A DNA stretch of 64,000 nt from Chlorokybus atmophyticus (taxonomy: Eukaryota > Plantae > Mesostigma and Chlorokybus algae), in NCBI GenBank assembly GCA_009103225.1, contig RHPI01000260.1, forward strand, positions 74,225 to 138,224, in the 5' to 3' direction. Both the position numbers and the translations under genes were made by a program. The notes below the pieces were generated by a model, which saw nothing but the letters and a program-made list of their open reading frames with translations, ran no database searches and was not told the DNA's origin. Numbering within the stretch: position 1 is the stretch's first letter; every line of letters begins with the position of its first letter. Positions 23,601-34,815 of the stretch are shown here, piece after piece.

Positions 23601-24011
23601 GACAGCGATGGAAACTGGCACCGGAACATATGAAGAGGACATGGAGCGCATGACTAAGCTGAGGTATGCATTGCACCGTGACGTGCAAGTGAGATGGAAA
23701 TGGTTTGCAAGCAGTTTTGTTGTGTTATACATGTTGAATGCGTGATACAGCAACAAACCTGCATTGGATGGGCATGACTGTTTGCTGAGAGTATATCGCC
23801 TTGTATTGTGCACAGGAACCCTATACCAGAGCCTGGCCCATCAGACAAGGGCAAAGCAGTTGCCGGGTCGGGTGACACGCAAGATACATACAACTGTGTC
23901 GTCTACAGAGCGTCGCAGAAGAAAATAACAAAGACATATCTTGAGCTGGTCGGACGCTTGGCTGAAGAGGCGACGGCGCAAGTTTCTGGTACGCAAGACA
24001 GCAGCGCTTGA
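20691..24011 (+). CDS. SET-domain protein lysine methyltransferase, Rubisco-LSMT/SETD3-like class
   Basis: Exons: LLVWLKEQGA, GWGVFA, LFLAVERAKGAESRWAPYMSMLP, FDDFLWAYSVYWSR, GIDICNH, GKEVCISYGHKSNEELLFLYGFV, followed by a substrate-binding-like region. Stop TGA 24009-24011. Confidence 0.88.
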
Positions 24012-24869
24012 TGCACATTAATTCAAGATGTGTCTCCTGGCGTGCTCGAACCGTGTGAGATATTTGTTGTGGATTGGTATGCAGCTATTGTACTGTGATT
24101 GTAGTCAATGTGAAACGCCACATCTGTGTACCAGTCAGACTGTGCAAGGGGCATACTGATCCACTGCTTGGATTGCAAGCTGTGCTGGAGTTTTGGATGA
24201 TTACGACGTCTGTCATTAATGTGTTGATGACAAACTATGAATCAGGGTCCATTTTATAGCACTTGGAGATTCTCAACATAAGCAACCAACCTTAGTTTAA
24301 ATGTGGACCTATTCTGGTCTATACTACACTCAAGGGCACACAATGTGCCCATTCACTAGCTTGTCCTATTTACATATCTTCTTTAATCAAAACTCGCGCA
24401 TCTTTTCTCTTCAATCCACCACGCATGTTGACACAGCTACTAGGACTGCGTTCTGGTCAACTACACTCCGTCCAGACACTACGCATGAAGCCCTGGCATC
24501 GCAGTCATCGCCTTTAAAGTGTGGCGTGGTGTGGTGAGGGGGAGGATGGAGCACCAACATAACGGACTGGGTACTTGTGCACCTTCAGTTCCACACAACA
24601 TGTAGGCTACTTTGAAGGGAGCAGAGGAAGAGAGGCTAGCAAGCAGGGGAAGGGCGCGCGGGGCGTGTTCTCAGCACACTGCTGACTCAGTGTGCCAATT
24701 GTTCGGTTCTTCTTGACCTCTAACAGCGTTGCTCTGCAAATGGGCACACTTGGGTTAGCAAAGTGGGAACACAGGCAGCAAGCAGGGGAGGGTGGGCATG
24801 CAGGGTTCACTATGTTCATGTCATGGTACAGAGCAGCATGCAGCTTGCTTACCGATTGTACTTGCTGTT

Positions 24870-26997
24870 TTACATCAGAGATGATAGGCAAGCTTGCAGA
24901 ATCTGAGCCACTTCAGGCATGGTAGGGCGCGTCCAAGGCTGGCTGCTTGCGCAGCGGGCAGCCAATGCGACAACCATGTGGAATGCGGGGAAGTGGACTC
25001 CTGCCATCAGCGGGTCGGCCAGCTTGTACGTCTCATTTGCCTCTAGCATGCGTGTCACCTGCGTAGCACACAGGTGCTGTTCAGGACTCTGTTGCGCTGT
25101 CGATTGAACAAACAAACACGCGCTCAACAACTGCAAATGTATTGAGGTCTTACCCATATGAGCAGGTGTTGCATGCCGCAGGGCTGGTGTTCGTCAAATG
25201 GAGGGTGGCCTGTCATAAGCTCCATCAACAAGATGCCATAACTGTACACATCGCTTTCACAGGACGCGACAGAGGTGGACATGTACCTGCAGGTCACCAC
25301 AACAATCAGTTTTCACAACACAAAACCGAGCTCACATGGGCAGCATTGTAGCATGAAGGGTCACAATGGAGCTCATATACTCACTCTGGAGCGCAGTAGC
25401 CGTAGGAGCCGACCACGCGGGTTTCGTGACCCACATCGCCATCGAGGCGTTTAGCAACTCCAAAGTCAGCAATCTGCAAATAACAGAAACGGTTAGTCCT
25501 TTCCACAGCACGTGTAGACTGCAGTCTGCTTTGGCACCACACGCACCTTTGGGAGCAGGTTTTTACAGAGCAGAACATTCTTGGGTTTGAGGTCTCTGTG
25601 AAGGACAGGTGGGTCCTGCCCGTGCAAACATGCGAGCCCGCGCGCAATCCCTATCGCGATTACCAGCCGCTGCATCCAAGTGAGCGCTCGCGAAGTGTCT
25701 GCACAAGCGAATATGTGCACTTGGTTACAGCGTGTCCACATGAACACATGTACATGTGCAGTTCCCCTTGGCGTTTTTGTGGGGGAGGGGGGCAGCAAAG
25801 GCATACCTGTTATTCTCAACCTGTCTGCAAGAGTGCCACCCTCCATTAAGTCCACCACTAACAACATCTTGTTGCCTGGAGCTGTGCATATGCTGTGTGT
25901 CCAACGATAACCGTCAAGGCGTGTTTTCAAGGACGTTGCTTGCACACTGTACGTGGGTGAAGCCATCCAATACAAAAACAGTGCGGGGACTTACGATAGT
26001 AGAGGCAGAATGTTCGGGTGCTGGATGCCGTACAATGCCGTGACTTGTGCAAGAAACTCTCCTTGCGCTGTCGCGCATGCATTGAGGTCCATCACCTTGA
26101 CAGCAGCTTGCTACAGCACAGCCACAATAGTCAGTCATGCACTTGCGCTGTATAAAGTTTTCTCACATCGTGCGTTGAAGTAATAGATGTGCAGTAACCA
26201 CTCACAGTTCCATCGGGAAAGCGTGCTTCGTACACAGCGCCAAAGGCTCCGGAACCCAGAAGCCGGCTTGAGGCAAAACATTCTGTGGCCTGCACCAGGT
26301 CCATGTACGAGTACTCCACATGCGCGTTATTAACGTTGATAACCACCTCCGCTAGGCTTCTTTCATTGCGAGAATCTGTTGCATATACATGAACAGTCAG
26401 AAGCAAGCCCCAGCTTTCACAAAGTCCTGTGCTGTATGTTGTCTGTGCATGCACCACCCAACAAGTGACAAATCATACGGACGCACACATGCTTGGACTT
26501 GCAGCAAGCTAGCGGAGTGTGTAGTTCAATGCCACAAGTCCTTATTGCATGCACGCTCAGTGCATAGTGTACTTAAGCTGTGCATGCATGCTCACTCATA
26601 CAAAGCATGCAGGCTGCACAGAATAGCTGAGAAAACCAAAAAAAAAAATATATTACTTGCACGGACATGACTGCCTATATTGTCTGCTCAATCCGTTGCA
26701 TGTCCACTTACTATACACGTGCGCAACATGCATCACAATATGTACACCCAGCTCGCAACCATAGCAACGACAAGTACCTTGCCAAGGCACAGCCATTGGG
26801 CTCATGTCGCCACTCTTCGACCTGGCAGGCGCACCATAGACCCATGGGTTTTGGCTGCGCTGCTTTCTGCAGAACCATATGCAGCCTGAGATGGTGAGGA
26901 GGATGGCGCCGAGGAGGACACAGCCACCGACGATAAGGGCTGCAGGCATACCAGCGATGTTTGAGGCAAAGTCGACGGAGGGGACAGCCACAGGCAT
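24870..26997 (-). CDS. Receptor-like kinase (RLK/Pelle family): very short ectodomain, one TM helix, Ser/Thr kinase domain
   Basis: TM ALIVGGCVLLGAILLTISGCIWFC-RKQR, then YSYMDLVQATECF, LGSGAFGAVY, AAVK, LTWMQRLVIAIGIARGLACLH, HRDLKPKN, IADFGVAK, VVGSYGYCAPEY, SDVYSYGILLMELMTG, RPTMPEV. Start codon and last exon are less certain. Confidence 0.9.
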
Positions 26998-27006
26998 CGG
27001 GCTGAG

Positions 27007-27040
27007 CCTGGCCTGGCCTGGCCTGGCCTGGTCTGGCCTG
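27007..27040. repeat. (GGCCT)n pentanucleotide microsatellite just upstream of the RLK start
   Basis: GCCTGGCCTGGCCTGGCCTGGCCTGGTCTGGCCT. Confidence 0.8.
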
Positions 27041-29192
27041 TTGCCCACTGCTCTGGCCCTGGCCTCAACTGTGCTCCGCTCTGGACTGTTTAAGCAACAC
27101 TGATCTGATGCAGAGCAGTTTGGTGAACGAAGAGAGAGAGCGAGAGTAAGTGGAAGTCAGAGCCAAGCCTTGGGCCTTTACCTCAAGCTACCGCTGGCCT
27201 TTACGTCTAGAGCTCTGGAGCTCAAGCCTTTCAACTAGCACTGCCTAGTGCTACTCCGTACTTGTGTCCTTAATAACCGCCCAGCAAATCTGAGCTGTAA
27301 GACTTGAGGCATCGGCGTAGCCATTGCCTGTGAGAAGCCGAGGCGGCGGCGGCGGTAGCCTCTAGCTTACAATTCGAACTATGTACTGCTTAGCTTCCGC
27401 TTCTGGCTCAGTCCAAAGTGCCTAGCGTTAAAATGGCTCCCCTCAGTACGGTGGATGCAAGCCCACAAATAGAGATACACATGCACACACGCACCCAGGC
27501 TCAGAGATACACGCTCTGATACAGCCAACGCTTGATTCTCTCTCCCTAACAGCCGCCATGCATGCGGCGACAAAAAGCAATAGGCTGCGCCAGCTGTGAC
27601 AGCCTACCGGTAGAGCAAAATGTACTACTGGTAGTGCTGCCATTATGACTGCAGTGTACTGGCACTCCCCTTTCGACCCCACTCATTCCCTACACTCCGA
27701 GCCACCAAGCAACCGTGCACATCAACAACCTCGCCAACTAGGCAGCGCCTAAACTCTCCGAACAAAACCTAAAAGCGTGCAGAGTGTCATCAGAGTGGCA
27801 CTCTGTCACCATTGGTGCTGGCTTGATCTCCCGCAATAACTGTAAGAGGATCGCATACTTACCAGTGGCATGTTCGGCAACACAAGAACAAATTCGGACC
27901 AGTCACATCACACAGGGCGAAAGAGAGCCGTGAACTTGTTGAGAGCCTTTACCTACCTTGCACGAGGCGATAAGTCTGAAAAGGGCTGGAGAGGGAAGCC
28001 ACCAACCGCAATGACACCAATTTCAATTGCTACCAGTCGTTGGGATGGGCCGTTTATGAGCCTGCGACCGAGGCCTGTTCCGCATGCTGGACAGGGCTGA
28101 AAGTTTCAGCCAGAAAAGGGAAGCCACCAACTTCACAGAACACCGCAAGTTTTTCAAGGTCTTATCAGGAATAAAAGGTTTCCACGGGGAAAGTACACCT
28201 TTGTAAAAGTCAAAGGCTTGACTCGTGCTCGACGTTTCATGTGACCTCAGTCCCCAAAGGTCGCGAGTCGCAGGGCAGTGACTGTGCACTGACCGAGTGG
28301 CACAGCCTGTGCCGCACAGGGACGACTGCCGCCATGTCCGGTACATGGCGGCCTACGTCCGCCCCTCTACATGTGTCTGCTCAGCCAATGAAACGGGCAA
28401 GTGTGGCGGACAAGGGCGGCGGCGCGCGGGCAGGTCTCAGATCTTCAGCCTCATTTCACACATTCATCATTGTCTGCGTGGCGGCGCTATGGCGGCAGCT
28501 TCGAGGTGGACAGATTGTAGGGTACATAGAGCATCACAGTAGCCCAACCTGGGTAATGATGGTTCCGGACTGGCACTTCTGATTGCCAGGGCATGTTTGG
28601 TTGTACGGGTGCATGTGACACGTTCGTCGCAGTTTTGCACTTGTCTGCGTCCACAAACAGCACGGAGTGGTTAGCAAGCACCACGTGTGCTGTAGGCTAC
28701 TCAGAAACCGCTTCTGCCTGGTTGTTGGGCTCGAGGTGCCGGTTCATAAATCGCGATCATTGATTGCCGATCAACCCCCTTTCTGGCGCGTAAGGGCGGC
28801 TGACACGGGATGATCACGTTGGGATGGCCCACTTTGCCATCCCATGAAGAATATATTACCGAGCCGTCAACTTCTGGACTGCCGCGGACTTGTGATGAAA
28901 CCTTTGACTGCAACACTCGATGCATAGGCTGCAAGAGGGGCATGCATAACAAACATCTTGAAAGCATTAGGCGTTGACTGCTATAAACATACAAACAAGT
29001 ATATCTATAGATCAAATTATTCAAGCGCATGCCTCCAACTTCATTATCATGTTGTACCTTGAACCTGATTGGATTGTTTTGCACTGTATGATTGTTGTGC
29101 CGTTACGTATCGTTATGGAAACTACTTAAAGAGGGCACAAAACATGACATTTGTCTACAATATGTGAATGTTATTAAGTGATTGATATTTAT

Positions 29193-29248
29193 CACTGTGC
29201 CGCCAATTTGATTTGTCCAATTGGATTGATGAAATTGGCGGCACAGTG
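29193..29248. repeat. Hairpin with perfect 17-bp arms and a partly paired interior
   Basis: CACTGTGCCGCCAATTT (29193-29209) and AAATTGGCGGCACAGTG (29232-29248). The interior contains the palindrome TCCAATTGGA. Confidence 0.92.
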
Positions 29249-30065
29249 GTAACATAAATCTAATTTTTATGAACTATAAACTTGGCAATAGGAAGTAAAG
29301 CGCACGCCGCGGCGACAATGGTATGTAATAGCATATTAAACCATTTCAACATAGTTGCATCGAGGAGTATATTTATGCACCTTTAAAAAAGGGCTTTATA
29401 CTTATGCAAATGGTTGGCACATTGTTTTAGGCACGAGATCATTAATACTATATTGTAAGTTGCGCGTGACAAGTGAAGACCACTTATGCTCATTGTAGAA
29501 TCATAAGCAATATACATTATGCACGCGCACGACACTCGCATAAACGTATTTCACAACAACTTTTGATGTTAATGTATATGAGCACGAATGGTAACACTGC
29601 ACTTCAATTTACAACTGTTCGTTGTAAATCATGTACACGAGGTGATTATAAACAAATGTTTTGCTTTTTACTGTAATCATGTATACTACTACTATAGCGG
29701 TTATACAGCTGCGTAGTCCAATTGCTATGCTATTCACAACAATAGTTAATGCTTTCTCAATCCACATGAAGACCAAAATTCAGTTTGGGGACATATAAGA
29801 ATCAGGTAGGGGGCAAAAGTGAAGAGTGGAGCTTAAAATACGGTCAGTCATGAAGAGTTAAATACTGGTATGCAAGTAAGATATTGCTGTTGGCCGCCAT
29901 TACCGTGTGCAAATAAACCTAACGGTTGTTGGAGTGCGGCTGTTGGCATAGTGTGCAATGCGATGCTAAAGGCATTAAAATATTGGTGCGACACCCAAGC
30001 TAGCCTATGACGGTGCCATGGTTTCATTTATCACAGAGCACGCTTGCTATAAACCTTGCAGCATT

Positions 30066-30469
30066 AATGTCAATATGGACAGCATGTTGGCATGCATGCA
30101 AACAGTCAAGGGGCCTCACTGCATTATAATCATAAGCATAAGTCTTGTAGACCACGTGCATACATTAGCTTTCCACTTTGGCGCTTAATTGCAAGCAACA
30201 GCATGCTCATGGCAATTAAGTGGTAATTTACAATTGCAAAGTACAATGCGAGGCCTCGCGACCACTGCAATGCTTTTTTGCTAATCGATTTGGAAAGCAA
30301 CAATGTTAATAATGACGGCATGTTGGCATGCACACAAATAATGAACAGGCCTCAATGCATTGTAAGCACAAGTCTTGTAAATTACGTGCATGCCTTGGTG
30401 CTTTCCATTTTTGCACTTAATCGCAAGCGACGGCATGCTCATGCCCATTGCGTTGTAGTTTACAACTCG
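30066..30469. repeat. Diverged tandem duplication, ~236-bp period, two copies
   Basis: Copy 1 (~30066-30237) and copy 2 (~30302-30469) share collinear blocks: GCATGTTGGCATGCA, GGCCTCA.TGCATT, AAGTCTTGTA, CGTGCAT, GCTTTCCA.TTT, CTTAAT.GCAAGC.AC.GCATGCTCATG, TTTACAA. Confidence 0.85.
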
Positions 30470-30495
30470 TAATCGCTACGATAGTGATTACGAGT
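30465..30495. repeat. 14-bp hairpin with one G.T mismatch
   Basis: ACTCGTAATCGCTA-cga-TAGTGATTACGAGT, directly after the second tandem copy. Confidence 0.85.
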
Positions 30496-31599
30496 GTTAA
30501 TGGATAAAAACATAAAATATTAGCGATTTTGATAATGCATTGTATACTTCACAATTGCTTTACTTATGGGGCATTATTTTATTGATTTTGAGTTTTATCA
30601 CTCTTGCACAGAACGCGCATGATGCCTCAAGCCACTTATTAATGCATATATTTTAATGGAGCCCCCCAATTATAACAGCCCCAACCCTTTTTGCGGGGGG
30701 CAGGTGCGGTGGGGGTCTTTACTGAAGGGGCTTTAATAAAAAAGGGGGGGCTTGTACTTCTAGCTAGAAGTTATGGTGAGGACCATAACAGACATCATTT
30801 TTGCTGCCTATTGTTGTGCAAGGTATGGTGGCCTGCCGCCGCCCATAGCGGCAACGGGCTATGGCTATGCAGGTGGTTAATTGTTGCATATGTTGTTGTG
30901 AATAGGCTCAAGAGTGACTTGCATACACAATTGACACAGAGCATAATGCACGTGGTTGAGTAACAATGACCCGCAGCAGGTGGTGATGTTGAGGGGTGAT
31001 GCAGCAAATGTTACAGGAGTTGCGTATACAAACTATTAAGCGAGGGTTTTAGGGGCACGTCATTACTTATTCAGTGCGTCTCAACGCATGATGCCGCGCA
31101 CCAGCTATCAACCTACTACAGTCCAACCACTCTGTATCCACGCTCTATTATACATGGGAATACAAACGCATAAAAGTATAACTTTTGCTCATGTAAGCAG
31201 TGCACACTCTAGCGTAAGCATAAATACAACATCTTGTGCATGCATATCACGAGGGTAACTGTCTATAATCTATCACTTCCCTCTTTGCACCACTATGAGC
31301 ATATTAAAAGGTCATTTAAGTATGCATGATGTGCATGCAACGAGGGATGTAATTGCGTTGTACACACATAAATGGAAGGATTGAAGCACACACCTCGGTG
31401 TCTGCACCACAATGTTCGACACAGATCGTGTGCTTGGAAAGCGATTTGACTACACTACTTGGAACAATCTGCTTGCTTCAAAGCAGTATGAACATCATCG
31501 TCATTATCCTTTTTGTAGCTGTCTCTGACCAAGCAGAAACGCAGTGCGCTTACTACGGCAGCTTTCATCCCCAAAAGAACGCCTGCACTTGGCACGAAC

Positions 31600-31638
31600 A
31601 TGCTCGGCGGCGGCGGCGGCGGCGGGTGGCGCCTGTGA
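31600..31638 (+). other. Upstream ORF (MLGGGGGGGWRL*) in frame with, and one codon before, the DUF819 start
   Basis: ATG 31600, TGA 31636-31638, CAG, then ATG 31642. Confidence 0.45.
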
Positions 31639-31641
31639 CAG

Positions 31642-34600
31642 ATGCAGGCGTTCGGCCAGTGGCTAGTTGGAGCCGCCGCCTGCACCACAGGTCAGCCGCA
31701 TGCGCAGGTGCGAGTGTTTCAGGGCTGTTGCCGCAGCGCTCGGCTGCCACAGCTGTCAGCACCACTCCTCCTTGACAGAACTTGTGGACTGCACTATGCC
31801 AGGTAGAACGACCTGGTGAAAGCATGTTCCAGACACATTGTGACGCTCATGCGCTTTGCACAATGTGCATGCTTGTCACAGTGTCACGGATGGTGCCTAC
31901 CAACTGCCTGCGAGCATGTGTGCGTCTGCTGTCAAGCCCGTGCACAGCTGACACCTCAAGACATATCTAACATCAAGTCGCTGTCAATACCTGGTCTTCG
32001 TTGCAAGCGTGGGAGCAAGGGATTGGTTACACAGCATTGCCTACGCAAAGTTGACGTCATGCTGCTTCCTCATAAAACGGCGTACATGCAGCTTGCATGT
32101 GGTCTTGCAAGTTAGCCTGCCTGCCTGATGGCATGAATGGCAGGGTGCATAAGAAGCCTTTACGCTCACCAATAAGCATCCTCTGCAAACCGCGGGCATC
32201 GTCAGCTGTGCCACCACCAGCATACGCTACACTCGGCTTTGCTGCGCTGTCAGCCTCTGAAACGCTTCCGCTTCCACTTGAATCCAATGCAGCTGTGTGG
32301 GCCGCTCTCACCGCCTGCGCAGCGCTTGGCCATGTAAGCATTCACTGCTGTATGTGACACTTGCTGTGTAAGCGGCGGGGACAGAGCTCGTTAACTTGTC
32401 TTTCGTGTGTTTGGTAAGCAGCTCTCCGTTTGCTGCTTGTGAATGTTGCAGTGCACTCCCTCGCGCAAACTTGTGAGACAACTGCATGGTAGCATAGCGA
32501 TTGTCTGTGAGCAGCTCTCTTCATGGTCGCATGCACAGGTTGCAGAGCGGTGGACCAAAGGGCAGGTCTCTTCGACAGTGGCCACATTGGGCTGCGCCTC
32601 GCTCCTGGCCTCGACATCTATCCTGCCATCATCCAGCCCCGTGTATTCGTTCGTGTGGGCATGGGTAGTCCCGGCTGCAACCGCCCTCGCGCTGCTTGAG
32701 ACAGACCTGCGCGACGCCGCAGCAGCAGGTATGAGTATGGTAAGTTATTTCTCTCAGGCGTATGTGAGTGAAGACGATAGCAGACTCGTGCACATATGCA
32801 GGCTCAACGCTGTTTGCATTCATCATCGGGGCGATTGGCACGATTCTTGGTACGGTTGTCTCCTTCGCCATCATAGGCCCGCACCTTGGTGCGGAAGGTT
32901 GGAAGGTGCGTTGCTAATGTTTCTGTTGACATTTCCACTATCTGCTACTAGACACATTGTTGCAGGATGACACTGAAGTGAACCTTTTGCAGGTTGCTGC
33001 GTGCTTGTGCGCAAGTTACATTGGAGGCAGCATCAACTACGCAGCCACAGCACAGGTGAGGCAAGTGCGCTGTTGCAAAGCTGGCATGAGCGCCAACAAC
33101 AGGTGTTAAATGTTGCGCGTGTGTTGTGCATTGACAGCGCTATGCCAGGCGCTTGACGTGTCTTCGGGCTCGCTGCTTGCAGCAGGGATGGCCGCAGACA
33201 ATGTTGCTATGGCAGTATATTTGTCTGTGATAATGGCGATACCCGCCACAAATACGGTGAGAAAGACGCGTCAGCAACCAACATTCCCGTCATCATCATC
33301 ACCAGCAATGGCAATGGGCGCTCCCAGCAAGGAAGCACACATGCAAACTGTTGCGGCTTCTGCCACTGAGAAGCAGCCTGCTGCCCCAGAAGAAAGGCTT
33401 ACAGGAGAAAGCTTGACAGTGGCACTGGCAACTGCTGCGGTGAGTGAACTTGCCTGCGGCGCATCTGCCGTAATGTATGGAAAACAGGACATTCGTGAGG
33501 TGCATTACAAGGAGTCTTATGACCATGATGAAAGTGTTGACAGGCGAGTGCACGCAGATGGTGTGTGCACTGGCGCAAGGGACATGCGTGTTGCTGCGAC
33601 CAGTTGTGCAAGGTACGCATGCGTGCAGTGGCCGCACGCGTCTTGCAGGCAGTACAGTCTAACATAGCAATGTGCCCTTTGCTGCTGGCATTCACTTACT
33701 TCAAGCCCTCTGTGCGTTCACGACATGTGTGACTAGAAGAGAAATCACTGTGATCGGTGTCTACACAGGTGCCGAGCTGGCAGTGACAGCTGTTCTTGCC
33801 TCCGCTGCTTCAATGCTGACTGCCAGTTTTGAGAAAGGAAACGGCGGGGAGAATGCTGGCCTGATTGGGTATGTGTGTGTTTCCTGGCCTCGCAATGCAC
33901 ACACGCGTATTGCACTTTGCTGCATAGCAGCCACTGCAAGTAGTGACTCTTGTTGCAAGACTGCAATGCGCATATGCGCGCCCCGCGTGAGCTTTTCTTG
34001 TCTCACCATTTTTCAGGGTGAAGAGTTTTCGGGGTGCTGGTTTGCTGGGTGTTGCATGCCAGAGCATATTCTTTGCAGTGGTACGCTTCACGAACCAAAG
34101 CTGTTGTCAAGCAGCCTGTGCTGGCTTGATCTGTCACTCACTTACTAATTTGGAACACTGTGAAGGTGGGTGCAACCGCCAGTGTTGGTGAGGCCATACT
34201 GGGCGGATGGCCTATGCTGCTCTTCATTGCGCTACAGCTGACAGTAAGTAAGGTTGATAAGCCTAACCATTGATGCGCGACACTGCACAACTTGAGACAC
34301 AATCACGACGATGTTGTGTCTGCTGGCTCATCAACAGGTCCATCTTGTAGTGACACTTGGCGTGAGCAAGGTTTTCAAACTGCCCATGCCTGCAGTAAGT
34401 CTGACGAACCAAGTCCTGGCAGTTTAGCGGCTTTGTTGTCGGTCTGTTAGTCCTGTAACATTTCTTTCTGATGCATTCTGCAGGTACTAGTTGCCTCAAA
34501 CGCTAACGTTGGAGGTCCTGCAACGGCTGCTGCAATGGCAACAGCACGCGGTTGGCCCAATTTGGTATGCGGTACATCTGTCAGTGCCATGCTGGTAAAA

Positions 34601-34815
34601 GAGCAACACATGTGTCGTGCAGCATGTGTAGGTGCTCGCTGTGATGGCCATGCATGTGCCTTTGCAGCAAAGGGTACAATCTGCTTTTGTCCAATAAGCT
34701 GTGCCACACATGATTGGCTGCGATGTGGCAGGTACAACCGGCATTGTTAACAGGTACCTTGGGATACACCGTCGGGACTGGGTTGGGCATTGCTGTAGGG
34801 AGACTTCTAATGTAA
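31642..34815 (+). CDS. DUF819-family multi-pass membrane protein (putative plastid envelope transporter)
   Basis: Phase-consistent exons from ATG 31642: VWAALTACAALGH, VVPAATALALLETDLR, FAFIIGAIGTILGT, CASYIGGSINYAA, AAGMAADNVAMAVY, VASNANVGGPATAAAMATARGW, TLGYTVGTGLG. Stop TAA 34813-34815. Confidence 0.88.

Larger units (their letters stand above)
29000..31450. other. AT-rich non-coding island between divergent RLK and DUF819 genes (possible decayed mobile-element sequence)
   Basis: Visibly lower GC than flanking genes, no recognisable ORF, contains hairpins and a diverged tandem duplication. No transposase or terminal repeats were identified. Confidence 0.5.

Noticed and set aside
28701-29084. 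127-aa minus-strand ORF in the RLK-DUF819 interval
   Set aside because: No motif recognised and no consistent exon partners
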